From assembly GCA_946641515.1 (NCBI GenBank), contig CAMPBT010000001.1, positions 168,512 to 232,511 on the forward strand: DNA of 64,000 nucleotides, in the 5' to 3' direction. Positions 19,901-28,618 of this stretch are shown one piece after another; position 1 is the first letter of the stretch; every line of letters begins with the position of its first letter. Position numbers and translations under genes: made by a program. The notes under the pieces were generated by a model. It did no database searches and was not told the origin of the DNA. It worked only from the letters and a program-made list of their open reading frames with translations. The DNA is from an uncultured Bacillales bacterium (lineage in GTDB: Bacteria > Bacillota_I > Bacilli_A > RFN20 > CAG-449).

Positions 19901-21676
19901 ATGGACCAACAGACATTAATTACTATTATAATAGCTTCTGTTTTTCTTGCAGCGTTAGTTGTATTTTTTGTTATTAATCATTTTAAAAACAAAAAGAATA
20001 AAGTTGAAGAAGTTAAAAATAGTGATAACTTAGTTGAACAAAATAAATACACTAAAAAATTAGCAAGACAAGAAAGAGCAAAGAAAAGAAGAGAACAAGA
20101 ACTTAATAAAATAGAAGAAGTTAAGGAAGTAAAAGAAGAACCAGTAGTGAGATATGATGAAGAAGTTGTTTCTTTAGATTCTATTGTTAATGATGAAATA
20201 AAAAAAGAACCTACACTTGTCGAAGAAGAAAAAGTTGTCGAAGTAGTTGAAGAAGATAAAGATGATGAAGAAGTAGAAGAAAAAGTTGTCATTTATGATG
20301 AAAAGACAAATAAGAAATTTCAAATTAGATATAACAAATCTTTAGAAGCTAAATTGATTCTTGGTGATAGAACATTAAAAGGTTATTATTCAGATGTTAA
20401 AAATTGTTTAATGAGCTTTGATGTTAAAAATAGACTTTCTTGGAAACATGAAACATTTAAGTCAGGAAGAAAGACTTTAGCAATCTTACAGGTAAGAGGT
20501 AAGACATTATGTTTATATCTTGCTCTTGATCCTAAAAAATATGAAGGTACTAAATATTTAGTAGAAGATGTTTCTTCTAAAAAAGAAGATACTCCTTCAT
20601 TATTTAGAATTAAATCAGACCGTAAAGTTGAATACGCAAAAGATTTAATCCGTGACGTAATGAAAGAATATGGTTTAGAAGAAAAAGAAATTACTAATTT
20701 AGATTATGCGAAAGATTTTAAAGTTGATACTTTAGAACATTTAATTGAAAGAGGATTAGTAAAAGAAAATAAAGTAGAAGTTTCTTTAAATACTCCTCTT
20801 TCAGAACATCCAAATATTGATGTAGCACCTTTTGGCTATAGATATAGAAAATCCTTTACTGCAAAAATTATTCAAGCAGAATCTTCTACTAAATCTTACT
20901 ATTCAGAAATTAAGAAAGCTTTACTTAGTTATGAAAAGATTTCTTCAAGAATTTCTTGGGGACATGAATCATTTAAAAGAGGTAGAGTACCACTTGCGTT
21001 ACTTGAAGTAAGAGGTAAAACATTATGCTTATATTTAAATATGGATCCTAAACTCCAAGATTCTAAATATCATGTTGAAGATGTTTCATCTAAGAAAGAA
21101 GATACTCCAACATTAATTAGAATTAAGACAGATAGAAAATTAAAATATTCATTAGAATTAATTAATAAATTAATGACTGAACTTAAAGTTGAAGAAGGTG
21201 AAGTTATTAATCATAACTATGCTTTAGATTATCCTTTTGAAGAAAATGAGCCATTAATTGAAAGAGGCTTAATCAAGGCTTATGAAGTTAAAAATCCTAA
21301 ACCAGTAGAAGAAAAGAAAGTTGTAAGAGAAGAAAAAATTAAAGTAGTTAAGAAAGTTGAAGCTTCTGAAGCTAATAAACTTGTTTCTGATAATACTGCT
21401 GAAAGAAAACTTCGTTATGTAGATGTAAAACAAAATCCTACTAAAAAAGCAATTATTAATATTGATGTACTTGCAAAATATTTTGAAAACGGAGAAGTAG
21501 TTGATTTAAAGGCGATTAAAGAAAGAATTCCAGGCTACAAGAAGGTTACATACATTAAGGTTTTAGGTAGAGGAATGCTTGATAAAAATCTAAAAGTTAT
21601 CGCAGATGATTATTCTCCTCTTGCAGTAAAAATGATTCTTTTATTAGGTGGAGAACCTTATATAACTACAAAATAA
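19901..21676 (+). CDS. Membrane-anchored protein with a K/E-rich linker, an internal tandem duplication of a ~165-aa domain and a ribosomal uL15-like C-terminal domain
   Basis: The real start is ATG 19901 (MDQQTLITIIIASVF, a TM helix) behind GGGGAGG. The repeats at residues ~140-300 and ~310-470 share W(K/G)HE(T/S)FK(S/R)GR...LA(I/L)L(Q/E)VRGKTLCLYL...DPK...Y(L/H)VEDVSSKKEDTP(S/T)L(F/I)RIK(S/T)DRK. The C-terminus (YIKVLGRGMLDKNLKVIADDYSPLAVKMILLLGGEPY) aligns to the uL15 C-terminal block [32 protein letters not shown]. Confidence 0.55.
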   Translation: MDQQTLITIIIASVFLAALVVFFVINHFKNKKNKVEEVKNSDNLVEQNKYTKKLARQERAKKRREQELNKIEEVKEVKEEPVVRYDEEVVSLDSIVNDEIKKEPTLVEEEKVVEVVEEDKDDEEVEEKVVIYDEKTNKKFQIRYNKSLEAKLILGDRTLKGYYSDVKNCLMSFDVKNRLSWKHETFKSGRKTLAILQVRGKTLCLYLALDPKKYEGTKYLVEDVSSKKEDTPSLFRIKSDRKVEYAKDLIRDVMKEYGLEEKEITNLDYAKDFKVDTLEHLIERGLVKENKVEVSLNTPLSEHPNIDVAPFGYRYRKSFTAKIIQAESSTKSYYSEIKKALLSYEKISSRISWGHESFKRGRVPLALLEVRGKTLCLYLNMDPKLQDSKYHVEDVSSKKEDTPTLIRIKTDRKLKYSLELINKLMTELKVEEGEVINHNYALDYPFEENEPLIERGLIKAYEVKNPKPVEEKKVVREEKIKVVKKVEASEANKLVSDNTAERKLRYVDVKQNPTKKAIINIDVLAKYFENGEVVDLKAIKERIPGYKKVTYIKVLGRGMLDKNLKVIADDYSPLAVKMILLLGGEPYITTK

Positions 21677-21764
21677 ACAATTAGTTTAATTTATTTATAA
21701 AAAAGTGAGTTACAAACAATAAGTTTGTGCTATAATTTAAGAAAAAAGAAAGGAGACATTAATA

Positions 21765-21992
21765 ATGGCAAAAAGCAAGGGCGGAGACTACTTTGGTCTT
21801 AACTATCTCGTAAGTGTTATTCTTGCAATCATCCCAGTTACATCATGGATTTTAGGTGTCGCTACAAGATTCTCAGAAGGAAAAATCGTTGCAGCATTAC
21901 TTCGTTTATTCCTTGGATGGAACATCATCTGGATCTTAGACATCATCTTAATGATTTTAAGCAAACACATTTTAAGATTATTAAATATCTAA
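21765..21992 (+). CDS. Small TM2-domain-like membrane protein
   Basis: 75 aa with two TM helices and a GWNIIWILDIIL motif typical of TM2 domains. Confidence 0.45.
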   Translation: MAKSKGGDYFGLNYLVSVILAIIPVTSWILGVATRFSEGKIVAALLRLFLGWNIIWILDIILMILSKHILRLLNI

Positions 21993-22006
21993 TTAGAGAT
22001 AATAAT

Positions 22007-22031
22007 GGCACCATTCGTGGTGCCTTTTTTT
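22007..22031 (+). terminator. Rho-independent terminator
   Basis: GGCACCA-TTCG-TGGTGCC hairpin followed by TTTTTTT. Confidence 0.7.
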
Positions 22032-22076
22032 ATGCAATAAATATAATTCTTTACAATAAATGATATATTTGTCTAG

Positions 22077-22121
22077 TTTACACTTTATTACTTTGATGTT
22101 AAAATAATTACAAAGTGTAAA
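22077..22121 (+). promoter_or_regulatory. Promoter of the dfx gene embedded in a 10-bp perfect inverted repeat (TTTACACTTT-N25-AAAGTGTAAA), a candidate repressor operator
   Basis: The -35 TTTACA lies inside the left arm, the -10 TAAAAT follows a 17-nt spacer, and the right arm covers the predicted TSS, immediately before the GGAG RBS and ATG 22136. Confidence 0.5.
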
Positions 22122-22135
22122 GGAGAAATAACACT

Positions 22136-22513
22136 ATGAATAAATATTTTAAATGTTTAAGCTGCGGCAAGATTGTCGAAGTAATTAAATCCTCCTCTAA
22201 CCCTAATATTGTTTGCTGTAATAAAGATATGGTTGAACTTAAACCAAATACAGCAGAAGCAGCAGTTGAAAAGCATCGACCTGTAATTGTAAGAGACGGC
22301 AACGTTGTTACAGTTAAAGTTGGAGAAGTTGCTCATCCAATGCTAGATAATCATTATATTGAATTCATTATTCTTGATACTAAGAAATCTCATCAACGAG
22401 TAGACCTTAAACCAGGCGATGCTCCAGAAGCAAAATTCTATATTGCCGATGATGATGAAGTTCTTGATGCGTTAGCATATTGTAATCTTCACTCATTATG
22501 GCTCAACAAATGA
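22136..22513 (+). CDS. dfx: Desulfoferrodoxin / superoxide reductase
   Basis: N-terminal desulforedoxin CxxC...CC motif (CLSCGK...VCC), the EKHRPV motif and a C-terminal neelaredoxin-type domain. Length 125 aa. Confidence 0.9.
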   Translation: MNKYFKCLSCGKIVEVIKSSSNPNIVCCNKDMVELKPNTAEAAVEKHRPVIVRDGNVVTVKVGEVAHPMLDNHYIEFIILDTKKSHQRVDLKPGDAPEAKFYIADDDEVLDALAYCNLHSLWLNK

Positions 22514-23238
22514 TGAAGTCAAACAACCAAATATTTTTAAATCTTTATAAAGAATTAGAAAGTTATTTAGCAAGAACCTATCCATATGCTGAATCTCCTA
22601 TTAAAGAGCATTATCATTTTTTGGAGAAAAGTCCTCTTGATGGTGCTAGAGAACGTGCGGATACTCTTGATATTTTAAGAATACTTAGAAACAACCTTGC
22701 TCATAGAAATGTCGATAACTTATTTGAAGTTAGTGAAGATTCAATCGAATTTCTACGTAAAGAGATTGCGATAGTTAAAGATCCTTTACAAGCAAGTGAT
22801 GTTATGATTCCACTTAATGCTTTATATTTTGCTAGATTTGATACCCCATTAGTTGAAGTTATCAAAACAATGTATGAAAAATCATATTCTCATGTACCTA
22901 TTTTAGATGATGAAAATTGTGTCGCGGGAATATTTTCAAATAATGCCTTATTAACTTTAGCGTATAAAAAAGGCGAAATTGAATTAAGGAAAGAAGAAAA
23001 GATTAAGGATTATAAATTCTTAATTGATTTAAATTTCCAAAAAGGTGAAAAATTTATCTTTGAGAGATTAAAAACTCCAATTGATGAAATTACAAATCTT
23101 TTGGCAAATAAAAAATCTAAAGATAAAATTTATATGATATTTGTTACTCAAAGCGGACTAAAGAATGAACCTTTATTAGGTATTATTACTCCTTGGGACA
23201 TTATCAATAAGAAGAGGGAGACAGATAATGATAAATAA
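22498..23238 (+). CDS. CBS-pair domain protein with an N-terminal helical domain carrying a HEPN-like Rx4H motif
   Basis: There are two CBS motifs (residues ~100-155 and ~195-245). The N-terminal ~95 aa contain LDILRILRNNLAHRNVD (R-x4-H). It overlaps dfx by 16 bp. Confidence 0.6.
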   Translation: MAQQMMKSNNQIFLNLYKELESYLARTYPYAESPIKEHYHFLEKSPLDGARERADTLDILRILRNNLAHRNVDNLFEVSEDSIEFLRKEIAIVKDPLQASDVMIPLNALYFARFDTPLVEVIKTMYEKSYSHVPILDDENCVAGIFSNNALLTLAYKKGEIELRKEEKIKDYKFLIDLNFQKGEKFIFERLKTPIDEITNLLANKKSKDKIYMIFVTQSGLKNEPLLGIITPWDIINKKRETDNDK

Positions 23239-23809
23239 TCCATACGAAAAATATGTCGATAAAGAATTAAATTTTACAAAGAGTCAAATTGTTTTTGCTA
23301 ATACTTTATTTGATTTACTTGATGAAGGTGAATCATTCTTAAATATTGGGGTAACTGAACTTTGTGCACGTGCAAATTTATCTAGAACTACATTCTATTC
23401 ATACTACAAGAATGTTTCTGAAGTCTATGAAGATATGCAAACTATTGGCGCGCATAATGCTTTTAATAAACTATATTCTTCTTTAAATGATGAAATAGAT
23501 AATGAGTCATTCGAAAATACAGTAAGAAAATATATTGAATCTACTTTTGAGAATAGAAGATATTTCTATTTCTTTATGGTTAAAGATCTTTCTAATCGTT
23601 TCGCGATTAAATTTGAGCAAAATTTTAAATTTCTTTTATATCATTTATTTAAAGATTTACCTAATTATGATTTAGTTTTAACTGGTATATCTGGTGCATT
23701 TTATACTTTAACAGTTCGTTTCTTAATAGAAGGTACTGTAGATCAAAAAGATAATTACCACGATGCTGTAATTACTATGTGTAAGGCACTTTTAAATAAA
23801 CTTGATTAA
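23228..23809 (+). CDS. TetR/AcrR-family transcriptional regulator
   Basis: N-terminal TetR HTH (IGVTELCARANLSRTTFYSYYKN). It is 193 aa and overlaps the upstream gene by 11 bp. Confidence 0.75.
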   Translation: MINNPYEKYVDKELNFTKSQIVFANTLFDLLDEGESFLNIGVTELCARANLSRTTFYSYYKNVSEVYEDMQTIGAHNAFNKLYSSLNDEIDNESFENTVRKYIESTFENRRYFYFFMVKDLSNRFAIKFEQNFKFLLYHLFKDLPNYDLVLTGISGAFYTLTVRFLIEGTVDQKDNYHDAVITMCKALLNKLD

Positions 23810-23827
23810 TTAAAAAAAACAAATTAT

Positions 23828-23867
23828 AATCCTTATAGTTAGTTATCGCTAACTAGAGGATTTTTTT
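23828..23867 (+). promoter_or_regulatory. Long hairpin plus U-run (terminator and operator copy 1) directly abutting the HMA gene start codon
   Basis: AATCCTTATAGTTAG-TTATCG-CTAACTAGAGGATT followed by TTTTT. It contains the 6-6-6 palindrome AGTTAG-N6-CTAACT (23837..23854), and the HMA RBS GAGGA lies in the 3' arm. Confidence 0.55.
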
Positions 23868-24128
23868 ATGGAAAAGATTATTTTATCAGTAGATGGAATG
23901 AAATGTGGTATGTGTGAAGCTCACGTTAATGACCTTGCAAGAAAGGTTAATGGAGTAAAAAAAGTATCTTCATCTCATTCAAAAAATCAAACAATTATTA
24001 TCTCTGAGGACAATATTAATGTTGATGAATTAATTGAAAGCATCAGTAAAGATGGTTATTGTGCTTCGTTAATTTCTAAAGAGAAATATGAGAAAAAAGG
24101 ATTACTTTCAAAATTGTTCAAAAAGTAG
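23868..24128 (+). CDS. Heavy-metal-associated (HMA) domain metallochaperone (CopZ-like)
   Basis: 86 aa with the GMKCGMCEAHV metal-binding motif (MxCxxC). Confidence 0.8.
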   Translation: MEKIILSVDGMKCGMCEAHVNDLARKVNGVKKVSSSHSKNQTIIISEDNINVDELIESISKDGYCASLISKEKYEKKGLLSKLFKK

Positions 24129-24208
24129 GTTATTTGTCTACTTTTTTTGTTTTTTAAAAAATCGAAGTTAGCAATGAGTAACTTTTTTCTATATTTACAA
24201 TTTTTTTA

Positions 24209-24264
24209 TTGATTTAATACTTATTAAAGAATATATTAATTATGCAAGTTAGCGATAACTAACT
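24209..24264 (+). promoter_or_regulatory. feoAB promoter (-35 TTGATT, 17-nt spacer, -10 TATATT) with the palindromic operator AGTTAG-CGATAA-CTAACT just downstream of the -10 (copy 3)
   Basis: Direct reading. The operator 24247..24264 is the reverse complement of copy 1. A looser copy 2 (AGTTAG-CAATGAG-TAACT) lies at 24166..24183. Confidence 0.5.
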
Positions 24265-24284
24265 TAATTTAGAGGAGTTATTAA

Positions 24285-24524
24285 ATGAAAAAGACATTAA
24301 ATAATTTTAAAGTCGGGGAGACTGGAATCATAACTTCTATTAAAGGTGAAGGACGTATCAGACGTAGAATGCTTGATATGGGCTTAACAACAGGTACTGA
24401 AGTATATTTAAGAAAAGTCGCTCCACTAGGAGATCCAATTGAAGTCACTTTAAGAGGATATGAATTATCTTTAAGAAAAAGTGAAGCCGAAACAATTGAA
24501 CTTGAAATGAAGGAGGGAGACTAA
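24285..24524 (+). CDS. feoA: Ferrous iron transport protein A
   Basis: 79-aa SH3-like FeoA domain (VGETGIITSI...RRRMLDMGL..G). Confidence 0.85.
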   Translation: MKKTLNNFKVGETGIITSIKGEGRIRRRMLDMGLTTGTEVYLRKVAPLGDPIEVTLRGYELSLRKSEAETIELEMKEGD

Positions 24525-26821
24525 TGAAAAGATTTGCATTAGCAGGTAATCCTAACTCAGGTAAGACAACATTGTTCAACGCATTAACAGGTTCTAATGC
24601 TTATGTTGGCAACTGGCCAGGTGTTACTGTTGAACAAAGAAAAGGTGTCTATAAGAAAAAAGGTGTTGAAGAAGTCGAAATTGTCGACTTACCTGGTATT
24701 TATTCTTTATCTCCATATACACCAGAAGAAGTTATTTCAAGAAACTTCATTTTAGATGAAAAACCAGATTGTATCATCAATATCGTTGATGCATCTAACC
24801 TTGAAAGAAACTTATATTTAACTACACAATTACTTGAAATGGATGTACCAGTAATCATCGCTTTAAATATGATGGATATCATTGAAAAAAGAGGTGATAA
24901 AATTGATACAGAAGCTATTGAAAGAAAATTAGGTGTTCAAGTAGTTCCTATCTCAGCGTCTAGAGATAAAGGCTTAGAAGACTTAATGCAATATGCTATT
25001 GCAACTGCTCATGGAGAAAGAAAAGGTAAAACTGTTCTTGAAAATGAATCAGGTGAAATGGTCAAAGGCGCTACTAAGATTTATGAAAAAGCAGGCGTTG
25101 AAAATCCAATGTTCCATGCAGTTAAAGCTCTTGAAAAAGATGAAATTGAATTAAAAATTCATGAAGATTTAGTAAAAGAAGTATTAAATAAATATGAAGA
25201 TCATAAAAAACCATTTGATGAATTATCCGCAGATGGTAGATATAATTTTATTACTAAAGAAGTCTCAATCTATGATTCAGCATCAAGAAGAGCTCAAAAA
25301 GCTAAACTAACAGGATCAGATAAAATTGATAAAATTTTAACTCATAGATGGCTTGGTTTACCATTGTTCTTCTTAGTATTACTTGTAGTATTCGCATTAA
25401 CTTTCTCAGAAGATTTATTCTTCTTAAATAGATGGTTTGGTGTAGAATTCGAACATGCTTCATTTGCAGGCACAATGTTTGAAGGCTTAATTTGGACTGA
25501 AGAAGGTATTAATTCTCCAGGTGTTATCTTAGCAAATTTCGTTAATGCATTTAACGGAGTAGGTGATTTTACAGAAGATGTCGCTTGGGGCGGTATTATG
25601 GTATCAATCAATTCTTGGGTTGAACCTTTAAAAGAGGTACCAGGATGGGATTGGTTCCCTGGATTTGTAAATACAATCTTTGCAGATGGTGTATTTGCAG
25701 TTATTGGTTTCTTACCTCAAATTGCTGTATTATTCTTATTCTTCTCAATTCTTGAAGACTGTGGATATATGGCTCGTGTTGCATTTATCTTTGATAGAAT
25801 CTTTAGAAAAATGGGATTATCTGGTAGAGCATTAATTCCTATGATTATGGGCTTTGGATGTTCAGTTCCTGCTATGATCAATACAAGAACTTTAAACACA
25901 GATAATGAAAGAATTTCTACAATTAGAGTTATTCCATTCTTTACATGTGGTGCTAAAGCAGAAATGTTATCTGCTATTGCTGGTGTTCTTGCTATTAACT
26001 TTGGTTTAAATGCTGTTGCAGTTTCATACGGATTCTATGTAGGTGGTATGTTTGTTGCAGTTCTTGCAGTAATCTTAATGCACTGGACAACACTTAGAGA
26101 AAAAGTTCCACCATTCATTATGGAACTTCCTTCTTACCATTTCCCATCACCAAAGGCTACAGCAATTCACCTTTGGGACAAGATTAAACATTATGTAGAA
26201 AAAGCTGCTACAATTATTGTTATTGCTGCTTTACTCATTTGGTTATTTACACACTTATCATTTACACAAGGCTGGATTAAAGAAGCAGCATTTGAAGAAA
26301 ATGCATTAGAAGCTTACCACAATTCAGTTTTAGGTCAAGTTGGTTATGTTGTTTCATACATCTTTACTCCAGTTGGCTTTGGTGCACAAACTGCAGAAGG
26401 TTGGGCATATACAGTTGCTACATTAACAGGTTTAGTTGCTAAGGAAGTCGTTCCAGGTACAATCTCTGTTCTTGCAAGTGGTGATATTGAAGCATTCGTT
26501 CAAGCTTCAGGTATTACTCTTGGTGGATTCTTCGGATTCATTACATTCTCATTATTTACAATTCCTTGCTTTGCCGCTATTGGTGCTGCTAAGGGTGAAC
26601 TAAAAAAAGGAACACTTTGGAAAACAATTTGTTTCTGGTTAGGCTCAGGCTATGTCATGGGTGCATTAGTTTACGTTACAGTTGACTATGTATGGAGCTT
26701 AGCAATTACTTTACCTCTTATTATTGGTGTTTATGTTCTTGCTTATTTCTATAACAAGAAGAAAACAGCTCAAGAAAGAGAATTAGAAAAAGCTAAAGAA
26801 GAAATTATCGAAAGCTTATAA
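24524..26821 (+). CDS. feoB: Ferrous iron transport protein B
   Basis: N-terminal G-domain (GNPNSGKTTLFNALTG, DLPGIYSL) followed by a polytopic nucleoside-transporter-like membrane domain. It overlaps the feoA stop. Confidence 0.93.
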   Translation: MKRFALAGNPNSGKTTLFNALTGSNAYVGNWPGVTVEQRKGVYKKKGVEEVEIVDLPGIYSLSPYTPEEVISRNFILDEKPDCIINIVDASNLERNLYLTTQLLEMDVPVIIALNMMDIIEKRGDKIDTEAIERKLGVQVVPISASRDKGLEDLMQYAIATAHGERKGKTVLENESGEMVKGATKIYEKAGVENPMFHAVKALEKDEIELKIHEDLVKEVLNKYEDHKKPFDELSADGRYNFITKEVSIYDSASRRAQKAKLTGSDKIDKILTHRWLGLPLFFLVLLVVFALTFSEDLFFLNRWFGVEFEHASFAGTMFEGLIWTEEGINSPGVILANFVNAFNGVGDFTEDVAWGGIMVSINSWVEPLKEVPGWDWFPGFVNTIFADGVFAVIGFLPQIAVLFLFFSILEDCGYMARVAFIFDRIFRKMGLSGRALIPMIMGFGCSVPAMINTRTLNTDNERISTIRVIPFFTCGAKAEMLSAIAGVLAINFGLNAVAVSYGFYVGGMFVAVLAVILMHWTTLREKVPPFIMELPSYHFPSPKATAIHLWDKIKHYVEKAATIIVIAALLIWLFTHLSFTQGWIKEAAFEENALEAYHNSVLGQVGYVVSYIFTPVGFGAQTAEGWAYTVATLTGLVAKEVVPGTISVLASGDIEAFVQASGITLGGFFGFITFSLFTIPCFAAIGAAKGELKKGTLWKTICFWLGSGYVMGALVYVTVDYVWSLAITLPLIIGVYVLAYFYNKKKTAQERELEKAKEEIIESL

Positions 26822-26844
26822 TTTTTATAGAAAGGAGATTAGTT

Positions 26845-27054
26845 ATGGTTATGGCAATTATTATGATAGTAATAACATTTGCGTTATTACTAGGCGTGCT
26901 TGGATATTTTATTTACCATATAGTAACTAAAACTCCTATTGATTTAGAAGGATGTTCTCTCCACATGTCTAAGAAAACTCTCCTAAAAAAATATCATAAA
27001 ATGAAACGTAGAGATGAGAAGAGAAAAGCTAAAGCATCTAAATCAGCTATATAA
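26845..27054 (+). CDS. Small membrane protein downstream of feoB (FeoB-associated-type small protein)
   Basis: 69 aa with one TM helix and a basic C-terminal tail, in the position typical of small feoB-linked ORFs. Confidence 0.4.
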   Translation: MVMAIIMIVITFALLLGVLGYFIYHIVTKTPIDLEGCSLHMSKKTLLKKYHKMKRRDEKRKAKASKSAI

Positions 27055-27059
27055 AACTA

Positions 27060-27086
27060 AGGTGGTATCAAAAACCACCTTTTTTA
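27060..27086 (+). terminator. Rho-independent terminator after the feo operon
   Basis: AGGTGGT-ATCAAAA-ACCACCT hairpin followed by TTTTTT. Confidence 0.75.
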
Positions 27087-27154
27087 TAACAAAATCACTT
27101 TGTTTTACTATAGTAAAAGTGTATAATATTTTCAATATTTGAAAGGAGAAATCT

Positions 27155-28528
27155 ATGTACAATAAAAACGCATGGAAGAAATATACAGACGAAGATAAAA
27201 AAATCGTCATGGACTTCTCAGAAGGCTACAAAGCATTCTTATCTGAAGCTAAAACAGAAAGACTTGCAGTTAGAGAAGCAGTTAAAATTTTAGAAGCAAA
27301 AGGTTTTAAAGCATTAAAAGATGTTAAAACACTTAAGGCAGGCGACAAAGTTTATGTTACAAACAAAAACAAAAACGTAGCAGCATTCATTGTCGGTACT
27401 CGCCCAGTAGTTGATGGTTTAAGAGTTTTAGGCGCTCACATCGATTCACCACGTATTGATGTCAAACAAAATCCATTATACGAATCAACAGAACAAGCAT
27501 ATTTTGATACACACTACTATGGTGGTATTAAGAAATATCAATATGTTACTATCCCACTTGCTTTACATGGTGTAATTATCAAGAAAGATGGTACATCAGT
27601 TGAAGTTCATGTTGGTGAAAATCCATTAGATCCAGTCTTAGGTATTACAGATTTATTAATTCACTTATCTGCAAACCAAATGAGCAAAACAGCTGCTTCT
27701 GTTATTGAAGGCGAAAAATTAGATTTATCACTTGGATCAATTCCAACTGAAAAAGATGGCAAAGATTCAGTTAAAGAAACTATCTTAGCTTTCTTCAAAG
27801 AAACATATGGTGTTGAAGAAGAAGATTTCTTATCTGCAGAACTTGAAATTGTTCCAGCAGGACCTGCTAGAGATTATGGTCTTGATAGATCAATGGTCGC
27901 AGGATATGGCCAAGACGATAGAGTATGTGCATATACTTCATTAATGGCAGTTGTCGATTTAGATAAACAACCAGAATTCACATCATGTGCTATCTTAGTT
28001 GATAAAGAAGAAGTTGGTTCAATTGGCGCAACAGGTGCTCAATCTAATTTCTTTGAAAATGTTGTCGCTGAACTTGTTGAAAAAACAGCAGGTAAGTGCT
28101 CATTCTTAGATGCAAGAAAAGCTATGGAAAATACAAAGATGTTATCATCTGATGTTTCTGCAGGCTTTGATCCTTTATATCCAGAAGTTAACGAAGCAAA
28201 GAACTCTTCATATTTCTCACACGGTATTACATTTAACAAATACACAGGTGCTAGAGGTAAATCAGGTTGCAACGATGCTAACCCAGAATTCTTCGCAGAA
28301 ATTAGAAATGCAATGGATGAAAATAACATTAACTTCCAAACTGCTGAACTTGGTAGAGTTGACCAAGGTGGTGGAGGAACTATCGCTTACATCTTAGGTA
28401 ATTACAACATGAACGTCATTGATGCTGGTGTTCCAGTCTTCTCAATGCATTCACCAATGGAAATTACTTCAAAGGCTGACATCTACGAAGCATATAGAGC
28501 ATATAAAGTCTTCTTAATGTTGAAATAA
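27155..28528 (+). CDS. M18-family aminopeptidase (aspartyl aminopeptidase-like)
   Basis: 457 aa with the HIDSPRIDVK and GQDDRVC blocks and the C-terminal HSPME motif typical of M18/M42 metallo-aminopeptidases. The length fits M18. Confidence 0.8.
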   Translation: MYNKNAWKKYTDEDKKIVMDFSEGYKAFLSEAKTERLAVREAVKILEAKGFKALKDVKTLKAGDKVYVTNKNKNVAAFIVGTRPVVDGLRVLGAHIDSPRIDVKQNPLYESTEQAYFDTHYYGGIKKYQYVTIPLALHGVIIKKDGTSVEVHVGENPLDPVLGITDLLIHLSANQMSKTAASVIEGEKLDLSLGSIPTEKDGKDSVKETILAFFKETYGVEEEDFLSAELEIVPAGPARDYGLDRSMVAGYGQDDRVCAYTSLMAVVDLDKQPEFTSCAILVDKEEVGSIGATGAQSNFFENVVAELVEKTAGKCSFLDARKAMENTKMLSSDVSAGFDPLYPEVNEAKNSSYFSHGITFNKYTGARGKSGCNDANPEFFAEIRNAMDENNINFQTAELGRVDQGGGGTIAYILGNYNMNVIDAGVPVFSMHSPMEITSKADIYEAYRAYKVFLMLK

Positions 28529-28538
28529 AAATTAATGT

Positions 28539-28576
28539 GCTGTTAAGAAAATATAAAATCTTAACAGCCTTTTTTG
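28539..28576 (+). terminator. Rho-independent terminator after the aminopeptidase gene
   Basis: GCTGTTAAG...CTTAACAGC hairpin followed by TTTTTT. Confidence 0.7.
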
Positions 28577-28618
28577 TGATTTTATTGTCAAAAAACTAAT
28601 AAATGTTATAATTACAAT

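Noticed and set aside
19978-20292. 104-aa S/T-rich antisense ORF
   Set aside because: It is the mirror image of the K/E-rich low-complexity linker of the 19901..21676 gene and is an artefact of composition.
24122-24150. Second hairpin plus U-run after the HMA gene (AAAGTAG-GTTATTTGT-CTACTTT followed by TTTTT)
   Set aside because: It is probably just the HMA gene terminator. It was not listed separately as a feature because operator copy 2 lies immediately downstream and the two could not be disentangled.
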